A DNA stretch of 64,000 bases from Candidatus Poribacteria bacterium (GCA_965205015.1 OZ242029.1:3104001-3168000), one strand, 5' to 3'; numbered from the stretch's first letter, positions 1 through 9,893 are shown. Translations and numbers: made by a program. Notes: generated from the letters alone by a model not told the origin.

Positions 1-44
1 AGCAAAAAACTGGACAATAAAACGAGATAAAGGTATACTTAAAA

Positions 45-1718
45 ATGGACGACAGACCCGTGAACGAAAAACTGAAGTACCCGTTTTTTCACGCACCTCA
101 CGCAAAACACGGAGGGGAATCCATGAGGACTTTCGGCACACAGGGCCCCGTTCATCCTCACGATAACTATACTGTTGTACGTGCTAAGGAGACCCTTGAT
201 TTCATAGAGCGCATCAAAAATGGAAAATATATCGTTATCTTCGCGCCCCGACAGACTGGAAAAACAACTTTCTTCCGAGCTGCGCTTGCCACACTTACAA
301 TTGAGGACCCCTCTTATTTCCCGATTCAACTGGATTTCCAAATCCAACGCAATGCTGCGCCCGCTGCGTTTTACACGCAGTTCGCTTATATGATTCGCAG
401 GCAAATCGAATTCGTTTTCCAAAAACGAGGGGACGCACTTCCTGAGACGCTCGCGCAATTCTTGGAAAGCGTCCGCCTCACAGATGCCTTTTCGATGACA
501 GCGTTCTTTGAACAATTAAGCGGTTTATTAGGACACTATCGAGTTGTCCTCTTCATTGACGAGTTTGACGGCATTCCTCAGGGAATTGTGAGTGATTTCC
601 TATACGCACTCCGTTATATCTACCTCTCTGAAACATGTCACTGCCCGCATAGTGTTGGTATCGTAGGTGTAAAAAATATCAGACAACTTAACTATGATGA
701 CTCTATTTCGCCCTTCAATATCCAAGATGAGTTTGTTGTCCCGAACTTTACCCTCAAACAGATCCAGGAACTCTTTGATCAGTATACGGAGGCGGTTGGA
801 CAACACTTCACATCAGAGGTGCTTGAGACATTACACAGACAGACAGCTGGGCAGCCATTTCTGGTCAACCGCGCTGCGCAGATTCTGACGGCCGAACTCA
901 ACATTCCCAAAACCGAGACGATTACGCTGGAACACTTCTCAAAAGCACACACACAACTCCTTGAGGAAGGGAACCCCCACATAAGTCATCTACTGACAAA
1001 TATCCGTAGAGACCGCAGATTTGAGAGCGTCCTGATGCGGATCGCATCGTACGAGAGAGGACTCCCTTTCAATCCGGATGACGAAATCATAGACGCGCTT
1101 GCGATGTATGGTGTAATTTCAAAGGGTGCTGACGGGATGTGTGAAATCGCGAACCCGATCTATCAACATCGCATTCTACGCGTATTTAAACCCCTGTTTA
1201 ATGGACTGGAAACTGAATACTTCTCTGAAGATAACGGGGATGATTTCATCGATTACCTGCCTCCCGACGGCGTGATTGAAATACGGGCACTCCTTGACAA
1301 TTTCCAAGATTTCATTGCACGAGCGGGTTTCCGTATTTTGCAAGTACCGGATACCCCGCAAGAGTACGTCGGTCAGCATCTACTTTACGCCTATCTGGAT
1401 ACCTTTATCCGGATCATAGGCGGCGATATGTTTCTTGAAGTCCAAACCGGGCGCGGCAGAATGGATCTCCTCCTCCTACACAATCGGCGAAAATATATCG
1501 TTGAAACAAAAATATGGGAAGGCGATAGGTTGTATCAGAAGGGAAAGCAGCAACTGGCGGCATATCTTAAATTAGAAGGGGAGACGCAGGGATATTACGT
1601 CGTGTTTGACCATCGTCAAAAACCTGAACCGCGTGTAGAAAGCGAAACTGTAGCAGGTGTGAACATTCGAAGTTATGTCATTCCGGTCATCCAACCTGTC
1701 CCTTCAAATACTACTTGA
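45..1718 (+). CDS. AAA-like ATPase fused to C-terminal PD-(D/E)xK nuclease-like domain
   Basis: Walker A APRQTGKT, Walker B LFIDEFD, C-terminal GRMDLLL..IVETK..QLAAYL. Alternative start at ATG 123 (GGAGGGG upstream). TGGACA-17-TATACT at 11-39. Confidence 0.8.
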   Translation: MDDRPVNEKLKYPFFHAPHAKHGGESMRTFGTQGPVHPHDNYTVVRAKETLDFIERIKNGKYIVIFAPRQTGKTTFFRAALATLTIEDPSYFPIQLDFQIQRNAAPAAFYTQFAYMIRRQIEFVFQKRGDALPETLAQFLESVRLTDAFSMTAFFEQLSGLLGHYRVVLFIDEFDGIPQGIVSDFLYALRYIYLSETCHCPHSVGIVGVKNIRQLNYDDSISPFNIQDEFVVPNFTLKQIQELFDQYTEAVGQHFTSEVLETLHRQTAGQPFLVNRAAQILTAELNIPKTETITLEHFSKAHTQLLEEGNPHISHLLTNIRRDRRFESVLMRIASYERGLPFNPDDEIIDALAMYGVISKGADGMCEIANPIYQHRILRVFKPLFNGLETEYFSEDNGDDFIDYLPPDGVIEIRALLDNFQDFIARAGFRILQVPDTPQEYVGQHLLYAYLDTFIRIIGGDMFLEVQTGRGRMDLLLLHNRRKYIVETKIWEGDRLYQKGKQQLAAYLKLEGETQGYYVVFDHRQKPEPRVESETVAGVNIRSYVIPVIQPVPSNTT

Positions 1719-1789
1719 TGCATCGCCTACACAACGGTGATACAGGTGGGAACTGAACGGGAGTTTGACAAATAAGTATAGGTCATATT

Positions 1790-2938
1790 ATGCAAAACGG
1801 ATCACGTCCTATTCTTCTGCAATCAGCGCAGATGCGACAGATTTATCAACAGGCGCAGCAGGTGGCACCGACAAACGCGACTGTGCTGATTACGGGTGAA
1901 ACGGGGGTCGGTAAAGAGATCATCGCGCAGGACATCCATGACACGAGCGCGCGACACTATAGACCTTTCAGAGTCGTCAACTGCAGTGCGTTTCCTGAGA
2001 ACGGGCTGCTCCAGAGTGAACTCTTCGGTCACGAGGAAGGGGCGTTCACGGGAGCAACGGCACAGCGGATAGGGATGTTTGAACAGGCAAACGGGGGGAC
2101 ACTCTTCCTTGATGAGATCGGTGAAATGCCTTTTGAAGTGCAGTCTATGTTCCTTCGCGTTTTAGAAATCCAAGTGTTTACGCGGCTCGGTGGCAACCAA
2201 AACATTGAAACGGATGTCCGCATTGTCGCCGCTACGAACAAAGACCTCGCAGCAGCGGTCGAAAACGGCACGTTCCGGCACGACCTCTACTACCGGCTCA
2301 GCGGATTCCATATCCATATCCCACCCTTACACGAACGGCGCGAAGACATTCCGCCGCTGGTCGCGGCGTTTATCTCGGAATTAAGCGCGGCACACGGGAA
2401 ACACGTTGCCGGGATCACGGCAGAGGCGCTTCAATATCTGACAGATGCAGCGTGGCCTGGCAATATCCGGCAACTCAAAAATACGGTGAACAGAGCGATT
2501 ATCACGACACAAACACGTGAGTTAGGCGTTGGAGATTTGCCCGCGGAGATTGTGCTCGTCCCGCAGTCAACGGGTTCGGAAACGTCATCAGCAAACGTCC
2601 GAAGCATGTTGCCTGTGGAGGTGCGTCAGATTCTGGAGCGGCTCTCTGTGGTAGAGTTCATCTCGATTTTCGGGGGCATACCGATGGTTGTCTGGCAGCG
2701 GCTTCCCGCAAAGATACAGGATCGGGTTACCCGTGAAGCCGCCTTCACGTTAGCGGAACTTTTGGGGGGGCTGCAAGATACGATTCATATAGCAGGCAAG
2801 GATCGTCACCAAATTCTGACAGCGGTCGGTCGCCAGCGGGTCGAGGAATATGGGAACTACTCACAGGCGGCAAAGACATTAGGGATAGACCGGCGGACGT
2901 TGAAGACCTATCTGGGAGACGATGATGTGAGCGGATAG
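1790..2938 (+). CDS. Sigma-54 enhancer-binding activator (AAA+ and HTH, no N-terminal sensor domain)
   Basis: [38 protein letters not shown]-terminal [15 protein letters not shown]. Confidence 0.92.
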   Translation: MQNGSRPILLQSAQMRQIYQQAQQVAPTNATVLITGETGVGKEIIAQDIHDTSARHYRPFRVVNCSAFPENGLLQSELFGHEEGAFTGATAQRIGMFEQANGGTLFLDEIGEMPFEVQSMFLRVLEIQVFTRLGGNQNIETDVRIVAATNKDLAAAVENGTFRHDLYYRLSGFHIHIPPLHERREDIPPLVAAFISELSAAHGKHVAGITAEALQYLTDAAWPGNIRQLKNTVNRAIITTQTRELGVGDLPAEIVLVPQSTGSETSSANVRSMLPVEVRQILERLSVVEFISIFGGIPMVVWQRLPAKIQDRVTREAAFTLAELLGGLQDTIHIAGKDRHQILTAVGRQRVEEYGNYSQAAKTLGIDRRTLKTYLGDDDVSG

Positions 2939-2964
2939 GGGCACCTCCGTTGGAGGTGCCCCTA
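2936..2964. terminator. Hairpin between convergent genes
   Basis: Perfect 13-bp stem TAGGGGCACCTCC-gtt-GGAGGTGCCCCTA followed by an A run. Confidence 0.7.
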
Positions 2965-2978
2965 AAAACTGTGTGTCT

Positions 2979-3404
2979 CTAAACACGGAAACTCTTCTCG
3001 ATATTTGATCGGAGACGGGCGATGATGTCTCCGGCTAATTCCTCAGAGGGTTCAGCATTTTCTGCGTCTGTGAGCGCAGCGATGACGCTCTCGAGGTCTT
3101 TCCGTTCTTCTGACTGGAAAGACTTTTGCGTCCCCATAATGTCGCTAATTTGGGGTAGGACGTAAGCCCTGAAGCACGGGGTTGCCCATTTGAGTTCGTC
3201 AGCGATTCCGTTGAGTTCCTCGACGCGCGTCTCTAATTCGGTCTCCAACTCTTTCAGGCCATTCTGGTGAGCAGTGTGGGCATTGGCAGCTTCCCGCGCT
3301 TCCAGGAGCTGACTCTCAAGGGCGACCAATTTTCTCACCTTATCCACAATGGCATCTGCTCGTTTTTGTGCTTCCAACATTTCGCGTTCAGTCATCTCAG
3401 TCAT
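2979..3404 (-). CDS. Hypothetical coiled-coil protein
   Basis: 141-aa ORF with AAGGAG RBS; E/A/L-rich helical composition. Confidence 0.7.
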   Translation of the reverse strand: MTEMTEREMLEAQKRADAIVDKVRKLVALESQLLEAREAANAHTAHQNGLKELETELETRVEELNGIADELKWATPCFRAYVLPQISDIMGTQKSFQSEERKDLESVIAALTDAENAEPSEELAGDIIARLRSNIEKSFRV

Positions 3405-3781
3405 ACATTCTCTCCTTTTTAGATGTTGACATTAACGTGTGGGTCTAACCTCAGAAGGATCATGGATGCATTTTCGGGTTAACACCCACCGGACAAAGTC
3501 CACTTCGCACAGCAGTTTTAGTATTCTGGGGCAGACATCAAACAGTGGCACTTCAAACATTTGAGGTTAACGTTACTGCAAACGGGTTGCAAAAACGTTG
3601 CATTTTTTTCGATTTAAGAATAATTACAGTTATAATACGCCAATTTTCATTTTACTCCCAATTAAAATTATAAAAGCCTAAATCTAACTATTAAAGTCTA
3701 CGATATTTTCAGGGAAAAAACAAATTATGTCCACAAAAATTGTTAATTTTCCGTGGAAGGTACGTTATCCTTTAGAATGCT

Positions 3782-5683
3782 TCAATCGAGACGGCGATAG
3801 ACGCGGAGTTCTGGATGTGCAAGGGCTCGCATCGGGAACGGGGCACCGCTATCGGATATGAGTTCGATACCGAAGAAGGTTGATGGGCATCGGAATGTTT
3901 TGTATAGCGCATACGGACTTCCGTCCCCTAAGACCCGCGTGTAAAACGCGAGTGTCTCCCCGAATTCAATCTCGCTGAGAGGGTACCAATCCGCATCTTG
4001 ATAACGGTGCGGAGCCTTTTGGTACTTTTGAAACACTTCAAGATCTGGCAGAACGATAAGCACCCATCTCACCTTTTCATCTGTTACTACGAAATCTAAA
4101 TCTGGGAGTAGCCAGTTGAATAGGGGCTCTGGTGCAATAGCAATAGAATCCTCTTGAGGAATGTGAGCGGCTATCCAATTGGATGCTGCAATCTTCGTGG
4201 GTTGCGATAACTGGATAGCGGCAAAGGAAAGGGTGTAAATTAGTGAGTAAAGCACTACAGCACCCCCCAAAACTATACCTAACCGTTTCCCAAATGTGTT
4301 AAACCGTTCAGTGAAACGTAGAAAATTCACAGCTTGGCGTGGGCGTCCGAACGCTAACAGTGTTGCCACAATGCTCGGAAAGCGTGTGAGCGCGGCAGCT
4401 GCGAGCACAGTGAGTGCCGGATAGAGGATCAGGAGGTGGCGGGCGAACTTAACTTTATGTATCCCGATGAATAGTAGATACGGAATGACGAAGGATAGTA
4501 AGAGGATGGATTGGAGGGTTGGAAGATTGGCAGATGTTGGATTGGAGGGTTGGAAGGTTGGAAGGTTGGGAGATTTTTGGTTGGAAGGTTGGAAGGTTGA
4601 AAGGTTGGGAGATTTTTGGTTGGAAGGTTGGGAGATTTTTGGTTGGAAGGTTGGAAGGTTGGGAGATTTTTGGTTGGAAGGTTGGAAGGTTGGAAGGTTG
4701 GGGTCCGTATCCTTCCCTTTTTCCGTTCTTCCGGTCCCTTGCTGATTGCTGCCTGCTTTAGGCGGCACAAACGCGCACAAAATCCCTAAACCGACAAGGA
4801 GGGCAAGCGGTAAACCCATGCCCCATTTCAGGAGCGTCCATAGGTAGGTGAACCGATGTAGCAATCCAGCGTCTGCCGTGGCGATGAGACCGAAGTGCCC
4901 GCGGTGATAATGTGTGGCTTCGTACCAGAAATCCTGAAAGAAAAGATTCCACTCCGGTGAAACCACGTCGATGAGCCAATAAGGGCAGAGGACCGTAAAG
5001 GTTAATACGGAAATACCGATAAGGGTTGCTAATTTTTTATAAAAGTTTTCACGCCTAATGAAGACCAGGAGAGAAAAGCTTACAAAGACGGTTGTAAATT
5101 TAACCGCGAAACCGACCCCTGCGATGATACCGAGCCATACCACCGTTTGAAATGTCGGCGCGACTGAAGAAGATCGCACCCGTATCACGAGCCAAAGGAA
5201 TACAGTCACACAGAAAGTCGCCGGGATGTCAACAAGTGCAAAACGCGATTCATTCGTGACATGTAACATCGCAACGGCGAGCAATCCTGCGGCAATCTGA
5301 CCGATACGTTTGCTGTAACACTGAACGCCGAGGCGATAGGTGAACCACAGTGTCGCTGTAGATAACAGAACGTTAAGGCAGCGTGCCAGTAGGATGACAC
5401 GGGCTTCCGTTAGCTGCAAACCCGCAAGCGATAGTAATTTGCCTATCCCAGCAATAACGTAAAACCATGCTGTTCCGGGCCAATTGTAGATTTCAGGGGG
5501 TGCCGTGAAGTGGATGAGATTCAGCACATCTCGTGCGATGAGCATTTCACGGGGGTCGGGAGCATCAGGTAAGCCGATGTTTATGCCGATGAGTCGGAAA
5601 CTGAAGCCGCTGATGAGAATTGCAGATATAACAAAACGACTCGGCAAACGGAAATAGTTTCTCACGGCGAGCGGTACTCTCAT
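3782..5683 (-). CDS. GT-C membrane glycosyltransferase (family 39/ArnT/PMT-like)
   Basis: Many TM segments, PDPRE loop, GFAVKF and RHLLILYP motifs. Start uncertain (5683 or 5734). Contains an in-frame repeat tract. Confidence 0.75.
   Translation of the reverse strand: MRVPLAVRNYFRLPSRFVISAILISGFSFRLIGINIGLPDAPDPREMLIARDVLNLIHFTAPPEIYNWPGTAWFYVIAGIGKLLSLAGLQLTEARVILLARCLNVLLSTATLWFTYRLGVQCYSKRIGQIAAGLLAVAMLHVTNESRFALVDIPATFCVTVFLWLVIRVRSSSVAPTFQTVVWLGIIAGVGFAVKFTTVFVSFSLLVFIRRENFYKKLATLIGISVLTFTVLCPYWLIDVVSPEWNLFFQDFWYEATHYHRGHFGLIATADAGLLHRFTYLWTLLKWGMGLPLALLVGLGILCAFVPPKAGSNQQGTGRTEKGKDTDPNLPTFQPSNQKSPNLPTFQPKISQPSNQKSPNLSTFQPSNQKSPNLPTFQPSNPTSANLPTLQSILLLSFVIPYLLFIGIHKVKFARHLLILYPALTVLAAAALTRFPSIVATLLAFGRPRQAVNFLRFTERFNTFGKRLGIVLGGAVVLYSLIYTLSFAAIQLSQPTKIAASNWIAAHIPQEDSIAIAPEPLFNWLLPDLDFVVTDEKVRWVLIVLPDLEVFQKYQKAPHRYQDADWYPLSEIEFGETLAFYTRVLGDGSPYALYKTFRCPSTFFGIELISDSGAPFPMRALAHPELRVYRRLD
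4508..4702. repeat. GGAAGGTT octamer tandem array with interspersed GGGAGATTTTT units
   Basis: Directly visible; encodes (NLPTFQPSNQKSP)n on the minus strand. Confidence 0.95.
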
Positions 5684-5699
5684 TTTTAGAAAAGGAAAA

Positions 5700-5833
5700 A
5701 TTAAAAATAGTCCAAAACCTGTAGCCCGTAACATTGTCCCGTAAGCCTATAGAGGCTTGCGCAAGGAGGGCGGATTTAAGAACACGGATGCTAAAGTTCA
5801 AACCCACGTCATTTAACCGCAAGGAATCATTAA
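5700..5833 (+). repeat. Copy of the ~100-bp AACCGCAAGG-ended element
   Basis: GTAGCCCGTAAC...GCGGAT...AACCGCAAGGAATCATTAAA; overlaps the GNAT stop codon. Confidence 0.6.
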
Positions 5834-6357
5834 AGAATGTCCAGTTTTTCGAAGATACATCGCCAACGGTGCAGATGGTTTTCACCCGCGTAAACAGGAA
5901 CAAATCCCAGGTTGAGATAATTTTTGATGGCGGGAAGTCGAAAATCGTCTGTGTCTAACATGACGGACGCCACACGTCGCGCTTTGAAGTAGTGCAGGAG
6001 AAACACCGTTAGCCATTTGCCGAGTTTATGTCCGGTGTGTTCGGGAAGCACGGCGAGCATGTCAATGTAACCAATCGGTTTGCCATGAAGGGATTCCTTC
6101 CACGCACACGCTGTACCGATAGGACTATCTTTGTAAATGACGAAACAGAAGCCATCTGAATCGAAATTCGGTTGGCTAATAACGTTGGCGTGGGTGTCTT
6201 GAGCGGTTCTTCCTTGGTCCACGAAGGCTTTGTCCATTATTCGCGCCCAATGTATTTCGTCGCCTTGTCGATAGGTGCGGATATGATATCCGTCAGGACA
6301 CTGGAGCGTCGGTAGATTTTCCAAGCTGTGGCGAGCCATTTTGAGTTGATCTTCCAT
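5830..6357 (-). CDS. GNAT acetyltransferase
   Basis: AVLPEHTGHKLG acetyl-CoA motif, AIKNYLNLGF. Confidence 0.9.
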   Translation of the reverse strand: MEDQLKMARHSLENLPTLQCPDGYHIRTYRQGDEIHWARIMDKAFVDQGRTAQDTHANVISQPNFDSDGFCFVIYKDSPIGTACAWKESLHGKPIGYIDMLAVLPEHTGHKLGKWLTVFLLHYFKARRVASVMLDTDDFRLPAIKNYLNLGFVPVYAGENHLHRWRCIFEKLDIL

Positions 6358-6364
6358 GCCATTT

Positions 6365-6961
6365 CTAACGTGAAACTTTCACCCACAGTTCCTCAGGAAG
6401 TGTTTCTCTGACGTTCTCGATTTGCGCTGACATAGCGGGCAGTCCCAATTTCTCAAAAAGCTGCTGCCAGCGTTCTCTCTGCCCCTCTTCGACGTAAACA
6501 GGGATGAATCCTAAATTTAGGTAGGTTTTGACGGCAGGGATACGGAAATCGTCGGTATCCAGCATTGCGCATTTGAATCCGTTGTCGCGGAAGTAGGTGA
6601 GAACGGCGAGCGAGACCCATTTTCCGAGTTTGTGTCCGGTGTGTTCAGCGACAACGCCTACCATGTGGACATATCCGACCTCTTTCTCATCTACGGAGTC
6701 CCGCCATGCGCAGGCAGTGCCAACGGGGTTATCCCGATGTGTTGCGAAATAGAAGCCTTCAGGAATGAATACATCTCTGCCGGTAATTTCATTCCGCGTA
6801 TCTTGGGGGGTGCGTTTCCTACCTCCGAACGAATCGCTAATGATATGTGCCCAATGCACCTCGTCTCCCTCGCGATAGGTTCGCATGCCGTAGCCTGATG
6901 GGAGTTGCAGTGCAGGTAAATCTTCTAAATTGGGGCGCACCATTCTGAGCTGTCGTGCCAT
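6365..6961 (-). CDS. GNAT acetyltransferase (paralog of neighbour)
   Basis: GVVAEHTGHKLG, AVKTYLNLGF. Confidence 0.9.
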   Translation of the reverse strand: MARQLRMVRPNLEDLPALQLPSGYGMRTYREGDEVHWAHIISDSFGGRKRTPQDTRNEITGRDVFIPEGFYFATHRDNPVGTACAWRDSVDEKEVGYVHMVGVVAEHTGHKLGKWVSLAVLTYFRDNGFKCAMLDTDDFRIPAVKTYLNLGFIPVYVEEGQRERWQQLFEKLGLPAMSAQIENVRETLPEELWVKVSR

Positions 6962-7050
6962 CTTTTAATTATACCTTGCGGTTCGTTCAGGTGAATTAGT
7001 TAAATAACGGTGTCTGATGTATATCCGCGCCGTTGTTGCGGGCTACGGTT
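6962..7050 (-). repeat. Copy of the AACCGCAAGG-ended element abutting the GNAT start codon
   Basis: Minus strand reads GTAGCCCGCAAC..GCGGATATAC...AACCGCAAGGTATAATTAAAAG-ATG. Confidence 0.7.
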
Positions 7051-7106
7051 TTTGTATGATATCATTTCCGCAATTATACCATACCTCAAAAATTGGTGCA
7101 AAACCT

Positions 7107-7134
7107 TTGCAATATTTTTCAAAAATGTTATAAT
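7107..7134 (+). promoter_or_regulatory. Sigma-70-type promoter for aroKB
   Basis: TTGCAA-16-TATAAT with extended -10 TG. Confidence 0.55.
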
Positions 7135-7662
7135 GGTTATCAGTTATCAATTGTCGGTTGTCGGTTAACTTCTTTACCTGACGACTGATGACCGATAACT
7201 TTAACCATCAACTCGACTCGGTTATAAATGTTAAAGCACGAGTTGATGATTAAAACTATTATAGTAAAACCCGTAATTACTTATACACCAACATAAGGGC
7301 GAGGATACAATCCTCGCCAGCGGTGGTGGGGTGTTTGTTCCCCGACGAACTGTAAACATATTTTTGGATTTTACTATAAAAGGTGGAAATCCGGTGAATG
7401 GTTATCGGTTATCAATTGTCGGTTGTCGGTTAACTTCTTTACCTGACGACTGATGACCGATAACTTTAACCATCAACTCGACTCGGTTATAAATGTTAAA
7501 GCACGAGTTGATGATTAAAACTATTATAGTAAAACCCGTAATTACTTATACACCAACATAAGGGCGAGGATACAATCCTCGCCGGCGGTGGTGGGGTGTT
7601 TGTTCCCTGACGAACTGTAAACATATTTTTGGATTTTACTATTAAAAGGTGGAAATCCGGTG
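7132..7662. repeat. Tandem duplication, 265-bp unit x2 (7132-7396, 7397-7662)
   Basis: Near-identical copies; each holds a TTAACCATCAACTCG palindrome, a TATAG-ended MITE, and the aroK RBS plus GTG. Confidence 0.95.
7260..7378. mobile_element. 119-bp MITE with TATAGTAAAA(C/T)CC terminal inverted repeats (copies at ~7525-7642 and 27401-27519)
   Basis: TATAGTAAAACCC...GGATTTTACTATA with internal hairpin GGCGAGGATACAATCCTCGCC. Confidence 0.8.
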
Positions 7663-8220
7663 AAACGACCTGTTAAAAGAAGACCCAACATTGTGCTTGT
7701 CGGTTTTATGGGCACAGGAAAAACTTCTATCGGAAGACGGATCTCCTCACAACTTCGGATGCGCTACGTGGATACGGATGACATTGTTGAACGCGACAGC
7801 GGACGGCGCATCAGCGACATCTTCGCGGAGGATGGGGAACCTGCTTTTCGAGAGCTGGAGAGTGAAGCCGTTCGTAAGGTGTCGAGACTGCACAACGCCG
7901 TTATTTCCACCGGTGGCGGTGTCGTTTTGAAAGAAATCAATATGACAGAGTTAAAACGAAACGGCATTGTCTTCTGCCTCACGGCAACGGCGGAGGAGAT
8001 CTACAAACGGGTTGGACACCAGACACACCGACCCCTACTCCAGGCGCCTGACCCGCTGGCGACGATTCAGTCGATGTTGGCGGAGCGCCGTCCTTACTAT
8101 GCAGAAGCCGATCACATGATCAGTACAACGGGACGCTCATTCGGTGACATTACCACACACATCAAACGGATGTTTAGGAAGAAGAATGACGAACACCTTA
8201 CACGTGGAACTCGGGGATAA
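7660..8220 (+). CDS. aroK: Shikimate kinase
   Basis: GFMGTGKT, DTD, GEPAFRELE, STGGG, RPLL. Confidence 0.97.
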   Translation: MKRPVKRRPNIVLVGFMGTGKTSIGRRISSQLRMRYVDTDDIVERDSGRRISDIFAEDGEPAFRELESEAVRKVSRLHNAVISTGGGVVLKEINMTELKRNGIVFCLTATAEEIYKRVGHQTHRPLLQAPDPLATIQSMLAERRPYYAEADHMISTTGRSFGDITTHIKRMFRKKNDEHLTRGTRG

Positions 8221-9274
8221 CAGGTATCCACTCGTTGTTGGGACAGGACTCCTCAACAGCGTTGGAGAGTTCCTCACATCTCATACAAAATCGAATAAGG
8301 TGCTCATCGTTTCGGATACTTATGTCAAAACGTGCTATCTGCCCGTTGTTCTGAAGAGCCTCAAGGATGTCGGGCTCGATGCCTGCACGATTGAAGTGCC
8401 TGGTGGCGAAGAGAGTAAATCGTTGGCGCAGTTCTCCCGGATACAGGATAGTTTGGTGGAGCATCAACTCGATCGGGGTTCCCTGATCATTGCTCTCGGT
8501 GGGGGTGTCATCGGCGATTTGGCGGGATTCGCTGCAGCGGTATACATGCGGGGTATTCCTTACGTGCAGATTCCAACGACGCTACAAGCGCAAGTCGATG
8601 CGAGTGTCGGCGGCAAGACGGCGATTAATCACCCAAAAGGGAAAAACCTCATCGGTGCGTTTCATCAACCGAAGTTGGTCGTCATTGATGTAGATACGCT
8701 CAAGACTTTACCGCAGCGCGACATCCGAGCAGGACTTATTGAAGTTATCAAGATGGGTGTTATCCGCGATGCGCCGCTGTTTGAAAGGGTTGAAGAAGAT
8801 CTGGAGGCACTCTTAAACTTAGACGACACAACACTTATTGAAATAATCTCACAAGCGTGTGTCAACAAGGCGGAAATTGTCGCCAAAGATGAGAAAGAAA
8901 GTCGGCTGCGGATGGTGCTAAACTATGGGCATACCTTTGGACACGCCCTGGAGGCAGTGACGCATTACAATAGGTATCGGCACGGCGAAGCGGTTTCTAT
9001 CGGTATGAATTGCGCGGCGCAGTTGGCTGTCAATTTAGGGATGTTCTCTGAGACCGATTTTCAGCGGCAACGTGCACTCCTCAAGCGGGCACAATTGCCG
9101 ATTGCTTTACCCGCCGACCTCACCCCTGAAGCCCTATGTGATGCCATGTATTTAGACAAAAAGACGTTAGGGGGTAAACTCCGACTCATCTTGCCGACGT
9201 GTATCGGAGAAGTCGTTATCCGCGATGATATAGACGATCGGCGTGTTCTACAAGCTATAGGGCAATGTTTTTAA
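8186..9274 (+). CDS. aroB: 3-dehydroquinate synthase
   Basis: ALGGGVIGDLAGF, PTTLQAQVDASVGGKT, LNYGHTFGHALE. Confidence 0.97.
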   Translation: MTNTLHVELGDNRYPLVVGTGLLNSVGEFLTSHTKSNKVLIVSDTYVKTCYLPVVLKSLKDVGLDACTIEVPGGEESKSLAQFSRIQDSLVEHQLDRGSLIIALGGGVIGDLAGFAAAVYMRGIPYVQIPTTLQAQVDASVGGKTAINHPKGKNLIGAFHQPKLVVIDVDTLKTLPQRDIRAGLIEVIKMGVIRDAPLFERVEEDLEALLNLDDTTLIEIISQACVNKAEIVAKDEKESRLRMVLNYGHTFGHALEAVTHYNRYRHGEAVSIGMNCAAQLAVNLGMFSETDFQRQRALLKRAQLPIALPADLTPEALCDAMYLDKKTLGGKLRLILPTCIGEVVIRDDIDDRRVLQAIGQCF

Positions 9275-9311
9275 TATTTCGGAATTTATAAACAGATAGT
9301 TTGTTTCTGAT

Positions 9312-9629
9312 ATGGCACTCCTTGCTGAAATCCGCACAAAAATCAGAAATGGGCAGTTTGAGTTATCAGAACATGCGACTGAACAAAGCGGTATTCGTCA
9401 TATTAGTTTGCAAGAAGTTCGTCATAGTACCCCATGCTAAAGCATGGGGCTTGTTAGCGTGTTAGCTCCAACAAGCCTACCGGTCTACCGGTAAGTTTCT
9501 CGTTTCATAGAGGGTGGTAACCCAACGCTCTCCACGATGGGCGCGAGCTGCCCGTAAAAGTATGTTTATCGCTATGAACCTGATCCGTTACGATGGATTA
9601 ATTTCAAAACGAGGAAAAGACATGTCTGA
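9312..9629 (+). pseudogene. Interrupted DUF4258-like (putative toxin) gene
   Basis: N-terminal part MALLAEIRTKIRNGQFELSEHATEQSGIRHISLQEVR (from 9312) and C-terminal part YEPDPLRWINFKTRKRHV* (9573-9629), with the middle replaced; lies upstream of a YgiT-type gene. Confidence 0.7.
9421..9572. mobile_element. IS200/IS605-like non-autonomous end element
   Basis: GTCATAGTACCCCATGCTAAAGCATGGGGCTTG hairpin followed by GGCTTGTT..AACAAGCC stem; right boundary approximate. Confidence 0.55.
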
Positions 9630-9879
9630 CAACACGGTCTGGAATGAAACTTTAATAGAGAAAAATGTGACGTACACCATTGAGATAAACGGGCAATTCG
9701 TTCTGATTGAGAATGTGCCAGCCCGAGTTAACATTGATACAGGCGAAAAATACTTCTCGCCTGAAACTGTTGAGCGTTTACATCAAGCGGTGTGGGGCAA
9801 ATGCCACCCCGTTCGGACTATCATAACACCTGTGTACGAGTACACCGAATTGGTCCCAGAAAAAAACGCTACTCATTAA
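9622..9879 (+). CDS. YgiT-type (MqsA-like) small protein, putative antitoxin, lacking the zinc cysteines
   Basis: VTYTIEINGQFVLIENVPARVNIDTGEKYFSPETVERL pattern. Confidence 0.75.
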   Translation: MSDNTVWNETLIEKNVTYTIEINGQFVLIENVPARVNIDTGEKYFSPETVERLHQAVWGKCHPVRTIITPVYEYTELVPEKNATH

Positions 9880-9893
9880 GGAATATAACACTT

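Noticed and set aside
4429-4770. Alternative-frame ORFs over the octamer tract
   Set aside because: Stop-free by-products of the repeat, within the glycosyltransferase gene
9514-9621. N-terminal extension of the YgiT-type ORF
   Set aside because: Derives from the inserted element and the pseudogene tail; ATG 9622 fits better
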